Source: Eledone cirrhosa
Taxonomy: Eukaryota
Length of the DNA stretch: 64,000 nt
Reading direction: 5' to 3'
NCBI GenBank assembly: GCA_964016885.1
Contig: OZ024746.1
Location: 97,774,001-97,838,000 of the forward strand
Within the stretch, counting starts at the first letter, position 1; each line of letters opens with the position of its first letter. Under the pieces are notes generated by a model. It ran no database searches. It saw only the letters and a program-made list of their open reading frames with translations, and was not told where the DNA came from. The translations under genes were made by a program, and so were the position numbers. This document shows positions 1 through 12,251 of this stretch, in pieces.

Positions 1-769
1 AAAAAAGCACCCAGTACTCACTGTAAATGAGATTGGTGTTAGGAAGAGCATCTAACTGTAGAAATCAAGCCAAAATCAGTTCTGTATGAGCAAGACATGG
101 TCGCCTGACCGGGCATTGCCCACAACAGAACAACCCATCTGACCCATGCTAGCGTGGAAGAATGGACATAAAATGGTGATGATGATGATGATGATGATGG
201 GCAGCCAGTTACAGCTGGTTTGACCAGAAAGAGGTGAAAGAATTCTGGCCAGATATGGCTGGTTTAAATGCTAAAGGGTTAAAAAGATTTGAGTCTCAAG
301 AAGTAGCTCATCTTGAGTCTGTAAAGTTAGAGTTATCAAATATCAATATTAAAGTATGTTCTACAAGAAATCTATAAAGTTCTAACATTAATTCTTTATG
401 AATGCTTCATAACATTCACCAGGAAATAAATATTTTAGTTTACTGAATACATTTTCTAAAAAGCATATAAAGCCTTATATTAAATCTTATCGGTTTTCTT
501 AAATCCTAAGTTAATAGAAATACATTGGTAAAAATAACTATTTTCCAACTTGAAACGGAACACATTTTGTTTCAAACAAAATACTAATTCAGTCAAAATC
601 TCCAATCTATGAATTACATTGTATCAAAAAATCATTCAAATAAGTAGATCTAAATTAAACTGTTTGATACCAAACATTCCTAACCCTTCTCTGGTTCTAT
701 GAATTAAAACCACCCATTTGAAAAGTATTGAAGTATTTAAGACTATTCAACAGAATTTGTAATATAATC

Positions 770-1062
770 GGCTTGTCTCCCCACCGGTGCAGCAGACAGA
801 ATGGAGAAGGCGTTTCCTCGGAGGACGGCAAGGGAGACGCACTGGAAAAACCACTCCAACTCGTGGGGCTCACACCTGAGGCTGGCCAGCTCAGCGCCTA
901 TGGTGGTGAGTAGAGAGGTAGCCCTAGGGCCTAGGATACCAGAAGTCTCCACCGCCAAGGGTACAACTGCAAAACTGTCGGAGAGCGACCGGTATTTGAA
1001 GAGTTTGGCCTCCTCAGCCCGACGTGCAACAGAACCTGGGTTAGTATCAACCCCGTAAGGCT
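770..1062 (-). mobile_element. CRE-clade (restriction-like endonuclease) non-LTR retrotransposon, C-terminal fragment
   Basis: Translates as EEAKLFKYRSLSDSFAVVPLAVETSGILGP...WFFQCVSLAVLRGNAFSIL, matching the K..KY...P.AVET.G / QR.SLA..RGNA signature of CRE-type C-termini. Confidence 0.75.
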
Positions 1063-1790
1063 GAATGGCAAAGCTAACCCTGGTGGGATTTGAAATCAGA
1101 ATGTAGAGTGCCGTAACTCTATGCCACAAAACATGGTGTTCGATGCTCTCTATCATTTATTGCCAAGAGGGTATCACATTAAAAATTAAAGTCTTTCCTC
1201 TAATACTGCAAACATTCATAACAAACTGTTCACCATGGGAAGTTGGTTAGTAGAATAATTATAGTATTGGGCAAAATACCATACAGCATTTCTTCTGAGA
1301 TCAAACCCTGCTGAGTTCAAATTTGCCTTTGATCGGCCCAAATATTTTCTGTTAAATATTTACGGATAAAGGATAAAGATCCCATGACTCCTTGTGGAGT
1401 CATAGAGGCACCGCCATACAGTGTGTCTAGGGCACTTTTAGTAAAATATTTTTTAATAAGATGGCATTTGAAACAAGTTAGCAATGGTTCTTCCATAACA
1501 TTATGATGAATTATTTCCATTGTTTTCCCATGGTTGTATGAGTTAGATAAGTCCTCTTTAGTATAGCATCGACGGAGCCCAACCCTTTCCAGGTCTGAAC
1601 ATAGCCAGTTATTTTCTATAGAGGAAGAATCAATCCCAGTACTAGAAAGGATGGCAGGCAAAGTTGACCATGGCAGGATTTGAACTCACAGCGCACAATG
1701 AGGTGGGACAAATACTGTAAAGCATTCTATCCAATGTCTTAACGACTTTGCCAATTCACCGCTAAATACTTTTGCTAAATATTTACAGAA

Positions 1791-2428
1791 TTTTAAACCC
1801 ACTAGAGACAGAGCCGATGACAGTGGGAGTTTGGTTCCTCTGTGTTCGGACCTGGTGTAGATTGTGTAATTTTACACTTATTTTAAATCCACTAGAGACA
1901 GAGGTGATGACAGTGGGAGTTTGGTTCCTCTGTGTTCGGACCTGATGTACATTGTGTAATTTTACACTTTTTTAAAACCCACTAGAGACAGAGGCGATGA
2001 CAGTGGGAGTTTGGTTCCTCTGTGTTCGGACCTGATGTACATTGTGTAATTTTACACTTTTTTTAAACCCACTAGAGACAGAGGCGATGACAGTGGGAGT
2101 TTGGTTCCTCTGTGTTCGGACCTGATGTACATTGTGTAATTTTACACTTATTTTAAACCCACTAGAGACAGAGGCGATGACAGTGGGAGTTTGGTTCCTC
2201 TGTGTTTGGAACTGGTGTAGATTGTGTAATTTTACACTTATTTTAAACCCACTAGAGACAGAGGCGATGACAGTGGGAGTTTGGTTCCTCTGTGTTCGGA
2301 TCTGGTGTACATTGTGTAATTTTACACTTATTTTAAACCCACTAGAGACAGAGGTGATGACAGTGGGAGTTTGGTTCCTCTGTGTTCGGACTTGGTGTAT
2401 GTGTGCGTGTAATTTTACACTTATTTTT
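1791..2428 (+). repeat. 90-bp tandem repeat, about 7 copies
   Basis: Unit restarts at 1801, 1891, 1981, 2071, 2161, 2251, 2341; core gatgacagtgggagtttggttcctctgtgttcgga matches CRE-element 3' UTR copies near 7165-7215 (-) and 56675-56720 (+). Confidence 0.95.
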
Positions 2429-2439
2429 GGCTTTTACAG

Positions 2440-2517
2440 CTATTGTTATAAAATAAGAGCTATACTTCATTTAGAAAATTATGTAAATAAAACTAATTCC
2501 AGCATTTTACTAAAAAG
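2440..2517 (+). CDS. Candidate internal exon of an unidentified host gene (78 nt, phase 2-2): YCYKIRAILHLENYVNKTNSSILLK
   Basis: ttatttttggcttttacag acceptor, aag|gtaatc donor, open frame, non-repetitive sequence. Confidence 0.45.
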
Positions 2518-2754
2518 GTAATCACCAATAATTTGAAAGATATAATAATTGCAAAATATGTGTTATTTTACGTAATTTCTTGTAATTGAGTAAGAACATG
2601 TAAATAAATATTCTAATAGTTAGCTGACATTGAAGTAACTCGTTTGAAGAAAATCAATCAACTTGTTAAAGTGAATCAATATTTAAAATGATATGCTGGC
2701 GTGTGCCAATCAAATTTGTTATATAATCTATAATTGTAATGTTGTTGGTGTTGT

Positions 2755-2942
2755 GTGTATGTATGTATGCATGTAATGTATGTATGTAATGTATGTATGT
2801 ATGTATGTATGTATGTATGTATGTATGTATGTATGTATGTATGTATGTATGTATGTATGTATGTATGTATGTATGTATGTATGTATGTATGTATGTATGT
2901 ATGTATGTATGTATGTATGTATGTATGCATGTAATGTATATA

Positions 2943-3035
<93 letters not shown>

Positions 3036-3140
3036 TCCCATATATATTATATATATCCATCTAACTCATGCTAGCATGGAAAATGGCCATTAAATGATGA
3101 TATATATATACACACACATATATATACACACATATATATA
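2755..3140. repeat. (TATG)n and (TA)n microsatellites
   Basis: Direct inspection. Confidence 0.97.
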
Positions 3141-4082
3141 TCAAGTATTACCACATATTTTCAATACAATGTTTTTAAATCCATATTAGTTTAAGTGAAA
3201 AATAGTCTTAATGATATCAAATTACATATTTCCCTTAATTTAACGCTTTTCCCAAATTAATTCTTGTTGACTAAATTACATTTTGTTATTAAAATAAATT
3301 ACCATAAATATACTTTACAAAAGATATTTCCAAGATTTTGTTTATTTATTAGTCTTTTCATATATTTCTTTTACGTTGTTTCCATTGAAAAATTACTTAA
3401 TAATTCCTGCTACAATTTCAAACTATAATGAGAAAAATATCCAATAATAATTTTGTTATCCACTTGTAAAATTTTCAGCATTGAACTGGTTTAAATCAAA
3501 GCATCATGTATGTATGCATGGTTGCGTACCACCTGACAGAGACATATGGGCGCCAAATTGACATACAGCGTTTCTTGGCCATTTTAAGCCTGGTGGAGCC
3601 CATCCCTCTCCAGACCTGAGTACAGCAGATTTCTTCGAGGGAAAGATAGAAAGTGAGAGAGAGGAAATGAGAAAGAGATATAGAGGAAGAATCAACCCCA
3701 GTACTTGACTGGTACCTTTTTATCAACCTCGAAAGGATGAAAGGCAAAGTTGACCTCGGCAGGATTTGAACTCAGAGAGCAGAGAGCTGAAACGAAGACC
3801 ATAAAGTATTCGATCTGACGTTCTAACGACTCTGCCAATTCACCACCTTAAAAATCAAAGACACAGGCAGCAATTAATATATGTTCCTCCAACAAACACA
3901 AAAGCATTTTAAGGCCATCTTCCCAACAAGAATAGGGGTTAGCTTTGTGAGCACCATATGACAAGCTTTTCTTTTTTGCTCCACATTCTGCTGCATCTCC
4001 ACCGAACCAATACCCTAGCTTTATTTCTTCCCCCTCCAAGTATTTCTTGATTTCCTCTTCCTCCACTTCCTTCCACATTTAT

Positions 4083-6297
4083 TTCCATCATTCCTTTCAC
4101 TCAGTTCCTTCTTCATGTCTCAACAATCTCATTCCATCATTCCTTTCCCTCAGTTCCTTCTTCATGTCTCAACAATCTCATCCCATCATTCCTTTCACTC
4201 AGATCCTTCTTCATGTCTCAACAATCTCATTCCATCATTCCTTTCCCTCAGTTCCTTCTTCATGTCTCAACAATCTCATTCCATCATTCCTTTCACTCAG
4301 TTCCTTCTTCATGTCTCAACAATCTCATCCCATCATTCCTTTCACTCAGATCCTTCTTCATGTCTCAACAATCTCATTCCATCATTCCTTTCCCTCAGTT
4401 CCTTCTTCATGTCTCAACAATCTCATTCCATCATTCCTTTCACTCAGTTCCTTCTTCATGTCTCAACAATCTCATCCCATCATTCCTTTCACTCAGATCC
4501 TTCTTCATGTCTCAACAATCTCATTCCATCATTCCTTTCCCTCAGTTCCTTCTTCATGTCTCAACAATCTCATTCCATCATTCCTTTCACTCAGTTCCTT
4601 CTTCATGTCTCAACAATCTCATCCCATCATTCCTTTCACTCAGATCCTTCTTCATGTCTCAACAATCTCATTCCATCATTCCTTTCACTCAGTTCCTTCT
4701 TCATGTCTCAACAATCTCATCCCATCATTCCTTTCACTCAGATCCTTCTTCATGTCTCAACAATCTCATTCCATCATTCCTTTCCCTCAGTTCCTTCTTC
4801 ATGTCTCAACAATCTCATTCCATCATTCCTTTCACTCAGTTCCTTCTTCATGTCTCAACAATCTCATCCCATCATTCCTTTCCCTCAGTTCCTTCTTCAT
4901 GTCTCAACAATCTCATTCCATCATTCCTTTCACTCAGTTCCTTCTTCATGTCTCAACAATCTCATCCCATCATTCCTTTCACTCAGATCCTTCTTCATGT
5001 CTCAACAATCTCATCCCATCATTCCTTTCACTCAGATCCTTCTTCATGTCTCAACAATCTCATTCCATCATTCCTTTCACTCAGTTCCTTCTTCATGTCT
5101 CAACAATCTCATTCCATCATTCCTTTCACTCAGATCCTTCTTCATGTCTCAACAATCTCATTCCATCATTCCTTTCACTCAGTTCCTTCTTCATGTCTCA
5201 ACAATCTCATCCCATCATTCCTTTCATTCAGATCCTTCTTCATGTCTCAACAATCTCATTCCATCATTCCTTTCCCTCAGTTCCTTCTTCATGTCTCAAC
5301 AATCTCATTCCATCATTCCTTTCACTCAGTTCCTTCTTCATGTCTCAACAATCTCATTCCATCATTCCTTTCCCTCAGTTCCTTCTTCATGTCTCAACAA
5401 TCTCATTCCATCATTCCTTTCACTCAGTTCCTTCTTCATGTCTCAACAATCTCATTCCATCATTCCTTTCACTCAGTTCCTTCTTCATGTCTCAACAATC
5501 TCATTCCATCATTCCTTTCCCTCAGTTCCTTCTTCATGTCTCAACAATCTCATTCCATCATTCCTTTCACTCAGTTCCTTCTTCATGTCTCAACAATCTC
5601 ATCCCATCATTCCTTTCATTCAGATCCTTCTTCATGTCTCAACAATCTCATTCCATCATTCCTTTCCCTCAGTTCCTTCTTCATGTCTCAACAATCTCAT
5701 TCCATCATTCCTTTCACTCAGTTCCTTCTTCATGTCTCAACAATCTCATTCCATCATTCCTTTCCCTCAGTTCCTTCTTCATGTCTCAACAATCTCATTC
5801 CATCATTCCTTTCCCTCAGTTCCTTCTTCATGTCTCAACAATCTCATTCCATCATTCCTTTCACTCAGTTCCTTCTTCATGTCTCAACAATCTCATTCCA
5901 TCATTCCTTTCCCTCAGATCCTTCTTCATGTCTCAACAATCTCATTCCATCATTCCTTTCACTCAGATCCTTCTTCATGTCTCAACAATCTCATCCCATC
6001 ATTCCTTTCACTCAGATCCTTCTTCATGTCTCAACAATCTCATCCCATCATTCCTTTCACTCAGTTCCTTCTTCATGTCTCAACAATCTCATTCCATCAT
6101 TCCTTTCACTCAGTTCCTTCTTCATGTCTCAACAATCTCATCCCATCATTCCTTTCACTCAGTTCCTTCTTCATGTCTCAACAATCTCTTCCCATCATTC
6201 CTTTCACTCAGATCCTTCTTCATGTCTCAACAATCTCATTCCATCATTCCTTTCCCTCAGTTCCTTCTTCATGTCTCAACAATCTCTTCCCATCATC
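4083..6297 (+). repeat. 49-bp tandem repeat, about 45 copies
   Basis: Unit ttccatcattcctttcactcagttccttcttcatgtctcaacaatctca with three variable sites; stop-free on the plus strand, hence the spurious ~800-aa ORFs. Confidence 0.97.
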
Positions 6298-7084
6298 CCC
6301 TGCAATTCATTGTCTGCCCCCCCCCTCTCTCTCTCTCTCTCTCAGCAATACTCCATTCATCTCTCAGATCAATCTCACTTTCATTCTTTCCCACCTTCTC
6401 CACTGCTCCCAGTTCACCACATGTCTTACGTCCATAAATCATGGCACTTCTCACATACATCTTTGCTTTCTCCACTGCTCCATGTTCACCACCACATGTC
6501 TCACTCCCATAACTCAAGACAATTCTCACACATGTAGCATACAACTTTACCCTCACTTCTTTCACCACCACATGTCTCACTCCCATACTTTGTGAAACTT
6601 CTCATACATGATGTGTACACAAATCAGAAATATAATATTTGATGTTTCTTAGACCAGTAAATCAATCTGAAGAACTAAGAAATTAAAAGTTATTTTACAA
6701 CCATCTCAGGTTTTAGAATAGATTCCCCATGGTCGTGCTCCTAAATTAGAAATTATTTTTATAATTATTTCATGTATTTATCCAATTTGAATATCTACTG
6801 TATAACATACTTGCCCTTTCCTTTCTTTTTTATATAACTGTTCTGTCCAGCCATGCATGTGTTGTTATTTCTTAGTTCATAATGTGTATTGTATTATAGA
6901 ATGTTGTAGTTTACTTGGAGCATTGGAATAGAACAAGGTTATATTATTTGATGTATATATTGTGCATAAGTATTTGACCAAGCCATGTAAAGTATTAGTA
7001 TTGGGTCAATAAAGTGCACCCAGTACAGCCTGTAATGTTGGAATAGAACAGGGTGTTTAAGCAAGAGGTTATATTATTTGATCT

Positions 7085-7449
7085 ATATATTGTACATAAG
7101 TATTTGATTTATAAAATCATAATGGAAAATGAGATTATCACATAATCCACATGACAGGTGCAATGTGTCCAAACACAGAAGAACCAAACTCCCACTGTTA
7201 TCACTTCTATCTCTCTCGCCCTCCCCATAACTCTGTATAGTGAGCAAATGAGGTTCCATGTGCTGACCGCCCTGCACCCCCAGTAGACAGAATAGAGAAG
7301 GCGTTTCCCCAGAAGATGGTAAGGGAGATGTGCTAGAAGAGCCATTCCATCTTACGAGGCTCACACCTGCAGCTGGCCAGCTCAGTGCCTATGGTGGTGA
7401 GTAGGGAGGTAGCCCTAGGGCCAAGGACACCAGAAATCTCCACTGCTAT
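7085..7449 (-). mobile_element. CRE-clade LINE 3' fragment with 3' UTR
   Basis: Aligns by eye to 790-955 (gagaaggcgtttcc...ggccagctcag...tatggtggtgagtag...cctaggg) and continues into the UTR that seeds the 90-bp repeat. Confidence 0.75.
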
Positions 7450-7460
7450 TGTATATAATA

Positions 7461-8330
7461 TGAAGCATTGTATATAAAGGCTAAACAATGCAAAATGGAT
7501 GATAAGATGACGGTAATTAAAATTTTAGTTACCTGGTAATGGTTGTTTGTTTATGTTACATTTTTTGTCCTAGGACAAAAGAAACAACAGCAACAAAAGC
7601 AGACACAGATTACCAGGTAACTAAATTTTCCTTACCGTCATCTTATCGTCCATTTTGCATTGTTTAGCCTTATATCACTTTCCACATTACATAATATATT
7701 ATTCCACATTACATAATATATTATCATGCATCACATAATATATTATCCTACATTGCATAATATATTATTCCACATTACATAATATGTTATGTTACATTAC
7801 ATACTATATTATTCCACATTACATAATATGTTATGTTACATTACATAATATATTATTCCACATTGCATAATATGTTATCCCTCGTTACATAGTATATTAT
7901 TCCACATTATATAATATATTGTCCCATGTTGCACGATATATTGTTCCACATTACATGATATAGTATCCAATGTTACATGATATATTATTTCACATTACAT
8001 AATATATTATTATAATATATTACATAATGTATTATTCTACATTACATAATATATTGTCCCATGTTGCATGATATATTGTTCCACATTACATGATATATTA
8101 TCCAATGTTACATGATATATTATTCCACATTACATATATTATCTTACATTGCATAATATATTATTCCACATTACATGATATAGTATCCCATGTTACATGA
8201 TATATTATTCCACATTACATAGTATATTATTCCACGTTATATATATATATATATAGATACAATGCTTCAAGTAAACTACAACATTCTATAATACAATAAA
8301 CATTATGAACTAAGAAGTAACAACATATAT
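7461..8330. repeat. Fold-back dispersed element with an internally amplified degenerate ~20-bp minisatellite (7675-8240)
   Basis: Arms 7473-7540 and 7609-7675 are reverse complements; same family at 20990-21240; tail 8258-8325 is inverted at 6860-6926. Confidence 0.8.
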
Positions 8331-8414
8331 CACTTTCCACAATATATGATACATTATTGTATTGTATGTGTGAGTCCTTATGGCTAATAAATGAAGAGAC
8401 ATCAGAGAGACATC

Positions 8415-8800
8415 ATTTTACGGCCACTTTTCCCTGCTTGCAAGGGTGGGACGGGAACTGATTCTGGCTTGATTTCTTCAGCTGGATGCCCTTCCTAACA
8501 CCAACTTCATTTACAGTGCTTTTTTTTTCCGGTGCTTTTTTTTCCGCGGTGCTTTTTTTTCCATGGCGCCTACACGTCCGCTTTACAGTGTGGGCTGGGT
8601 GCTTTTTTGCCGTGGCACCTCCACGGCCACCTTGCAGTGGAATGATAGGGACCTCAGTCCTATCATCTCATTTCTACAGCTGAGTAAACTGGAACAATGT
8701 GAAATAAAGTGTCATGCTCAAGGAAACAACACATCACCCGGTCTGAGAATTGAACTCACAACCTTTCGATTGCAAGCCCAATGCTCTAACCACTAAGCCA
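8415..8800 (-). mobile_element. tRNA-derived SINE family B with RTE-derived 3' tail
   Basis: Minus-strand head tggcttagtggttagagc...gagttcaattct (A and B boxes); 3' part matches the RTE 3' UTR; other copies 28010-28488, 38577-38922, 39200-39351, 45979-46351. Confidence 0.85.
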
Positions 8801-8999
8801 GATTATCATCATTCTTATTATTCATTACAATCATCATTTTATATCCATTTTACCATACTTGCTGTTGCATTTTGAGGCTAGAAAGGACAGACAACTGTGG
8901 CTTACTTATATATACCATTCTGGCACAGTTTCTATGGCTGGATGCTCTTCCAAACACTTCACAGCATATTAGCTTTTAGCTCGAATGTTCCCGGTGGAA

Positions 9000-9590
9000 C
9001 AAGCCAGACTCATCATCATCATCCTTCAACTCCTCTGTGGGCAGTCGGAACTCTGTTGACAATGCCTTTCCACACTGTTCAGTCCTGCCTTGCTATCCCC
9101 AGATCTCATATGCCGAGCCCTGAGTCCCAAGTTATGGTGTCTGGGAAAGTCAGTTTTCGTGAATAGACACATCCAGAGGGATGCCACAGAAGGAGAGATG
9201 AAATGATTTCTTTGTCAGCTCGATGACAGTAACTGTAGTCTTTTTTTGCTTGAGTTTGACGGATATTGGAATCAAATCTCTGTAGATGGTTTCAAGTGTT
9301 GCGTGTGATCTCCAGCTTATGTTTTTGATTCTTCTGAGCATATTTGTATATGCTCCATCCAGCTGTCTTTCAAAGCAAACAGATAAGGTACATATCTGAT
9401 CCATATAGTAATTCTGATTCAATCAATGTTCAAAAGATTTGGATTTTAAGGAGGATGATAAATTTGAGTGCCCAGTCTTGTCAAGCCTGTTGCACGCATC
9501 CCATGCCACAGCTTTACGGATGTTGAATTCTTATGGGGAGTCTATGACATGAGTGCCAAGGTATTTAAAGTTCTGGACTAAGTCAACCAA
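9000..9590 (-). mobile_element. Degenerate RTE-like LINE 3' fragment (different family)
   Basis: Peptide RQLDGAYTNMLRRIKNISWRSHATLETIYRDLIPISVKLKQ is typical of the post-RT region of RTE-group LINEs. Confidence 0.65.
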
Positions 9591-9622
9591 TAATCTCCTT
9601 GTTGATATCCATGCCAGATAAT

Positions 9623-9805
9623 TGTTTCTACTTTAGGCACAAGGCCAGCAATTACCCAGTGCATTACTGGTACTTTATTTTATCGACCCCGTAAGGATGA
9701 AAGGCAAAGTCAACCTCGGCAGGATTTGAACACAGATCGTAAAGGGTCGTAACTATGCTGGAAAGCATGGCGTCCAACCCTCTACCGATACTGCCAATCC
9801 ACCCA
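9623..9805 (-). mobile_element. tRNA-derived SINE family A (representative copy)
   Basis: Minus strand has A-box tggcagtatcgg, B-box gttcaaatcc and core ttgactttgcctttcatccttacggggtcgataaaataaagtaccag; further copies at about 12044-12225, 14140-14352, 15745-15878, 31417-31602, 32985-33195, 33655-33798, 38975-39160, 43931-44113, 44288-44458, 51966-52097, 52800-52980, 53553-53675, 54346-54440, 54497-54682, 63027-63128. Confidence 0.9.
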
Positions 9806-10094
9806 TGCCAAATAATGTTGACAGTTTGTAGGTGACTTTGGAATGTTCAATACCAGGTCATCTTTGGTCAGTCTCTTTTCTGATTGACTTTTAGCACACT
9901 GTGTTCTGAGTTCAAATTCTGTTTAGGGATTCAAATACCACTGATGGCCAAACACAACTGATTCTAAAAGCTGCAATAGGTGGAGGATGATTGTGTACAT
10001 CAACCCAGTACTTGACTGGTACCAGTAAAAAAAACAAACAAAAGAATGAAAAAATGTGAAGCGGAAGAGAATTTCTTGTTAGTTGAGAAATACA

Positions 10095-10309
10095 TTAATC
10101 CTTTAGCATTTCAATTGGTCTTATCCGGCAAGAATTCACTCACCTCTTTTTGTTCAAACTGACCATAACTAGCCACTCATACTGATGTTAAAGTATTGTT
10201 CTCAAAATAAATAATATCAAAATCTCATAGATTCGATGTTATGTGAGATAAAGCCTTTACCATGAAAATACAATAGTAATATAGTGTAATGTAAATGCTA
10301 AAGGGTTAA
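10095..10309. mobile_element. piggyBac-like MITE (~210 bp, TTAA target)
   Basis: TTAA-(c/t)cctttagcattt...aaatgctaaaggg-TTAA; partial copies at 200-282, 15900-16069, 52165-52328. Confidence 0.85.
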
Positions 10310-10867
10310 GGCAAACTACCACTCAACATTTAGAAAAGACAAACATTCTATAAATTATAGTCTAACCCACTCAGATTATATAATATTCACTTAGAAAAAC
10401 AAATTTTAACTTATATTTCATGCTTCTTAAAGTCAGCTCTGGTATAGACAAACATTCAAATTCTACTAAAAAAAATGGCAATATCTTCTGGAGTATTAAG
10501 GAGTTTGTCTCAGTATTGTTATTACATTTCATAAATGTTTATATAATAAAATAATTCCGAAAACAAAAGATACAGAGAATGCCGAAGAATTATTACAGAA
10601 ACAAGTTTGAAAATTGCAAATTGTATTTATTTTCTTTCCAAAGATTCTTTAAAATCTGAGATTATTTTACAGCTGTTTCTGAAGTAACTAACTACCAATC
10701 ATAAAATATAGTAAATAAATACAAAATAAATGTTTACAATAGTATAACTAAACAAATGTATTTCAAATTGGATAACAGTTATTTTGAAAACCACTCACTT
10801 CAAAACTGAAGTCGCTTAATAAATTCTTCAAGCTATTTTTACTTTTTAGATCTATTTTTTTTTTATG

Positions 10868-10960
<93 letters not shown>

Positions 10961-11073
10961 CGAATACATGCATGTGGTTCTTTCAAGGCCAGGAATTGAC
11001 AGAGTCATCAGAATGCCGAACAGAATATCTTGAAGTATTTTTTTTTTTTTTTTTGGCTCTCTACACTCTGAAT

Positions 11074-11301
11074 TTAACCCTTAACATATAAACCGGGTGT
11101 ATCCAGTCACAAGGCTCTCACCTCTTTCTGTTTAAACTGGCTGTAACTGGCCACTCATACTGATATTATGGTATTGTTCTCAAAATAAATAACATCAAAA
11201 TCTCATAGATTCAATATTATTTAAGATAATCATATGAGATAAAGCCTTTACCATGGAAATACAATAGTATATAGAGAGTAAAGTAAATGATAAAGGGTTA
11301 A
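11074..11301. mobile_element. piggyBac-like MITE, second copy
   Basis: TTAA-ccc...ggg-TTAA with the same internal sequence as 10095-10309. Confidence 0.85.
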
Positions 11302-11845
11302 ATGATGCTAAGGTCAAATTTGCGTTTCATCTCACAAGGGGGTTAATAAAATAAAGAACCCATCCATGACTGTGAATTGGCAGAATTGTTAAAGCATTAT
11401 ACAAGATGACTTGTAGTATCTTTTCTAGAACTTAGCATTCATCATCATCATCATCATCATCATTTGGGCAGTGGATTGACAGTATCGATAGAGCATTGGA
11501 AACATGCTTTGCAGCCTAGAGTTACGGCCCTTTGTGTTCAGGATTTTCAAATCCTTCTAAGGTTATTTTTGCCTTTCATCATTGCAGCGTTGATAAAATA
11601 CCACTGGGGTAAATTTAATGGACTTTCCTCTCCCAAAAAATTGTTAGCCTTGTGCCTAAATCAGAAAGCATTATTATCATCAATTAATGTCCATCTTCCC
11701 TGTTAGTAAGGGTTGAACAGGTTTTCAGAAATGAAGAACTGTACTCAGTTTCAGCACTTTGTGTTCAACGTTATTAAATGTCCATTGTCCCTGATAGTAA
11801 GCATTGTAAGGGTTTACACAAAGAGAGTTCTAGCACAAAGTTGGT

Positions 11846-12251
11846 TTAACTCTTTAGCATTCAACCTGGCCGTATCTGGCCAGAAGTCTTTCACCTCTTT
11901 CTGTTCAAACCAGCCGTAACTGGCTGCTCATACTTACATTAAGGTATTGTTCTCAAAATAAATAACAGCATCAAAATCTCATAGATTCGATATTATGTGA
12001 GGTAAAGCCTTTACTGTGAAAATACAATAGTAAATATAGAATATTTGTTTCTACTGTTTGCACAAGGCCAGCAATTATCTAGCGCATTACTGGTACTTTA
12101 TTTTATCGACCCTGTACGGATGAAAGGCAAAGATAACCTTGGTGGGATTTAAACTCAGAATGTAAAGGTGTCGTAACTATGCTGCAAAGCATGGCATCTA
12201 GCGCTCTACCGATACTGTCAATCCAGAATAATGTAAATGCTAAAGGGTTAA
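11846..12251. mobile_element. piggyBac-like MITE interrupted by a SINE A insertion (12044-12225)
   Basis: Both TTAA-flanked TIRs present; SINE A nested near the right end. Confidence 0.85.

Noticed and set aside
4047-6595. Three overlapping 774-826-aa ORFs
   Set aside because: Artefact of a stop-free 49-bp unit read through all three frames
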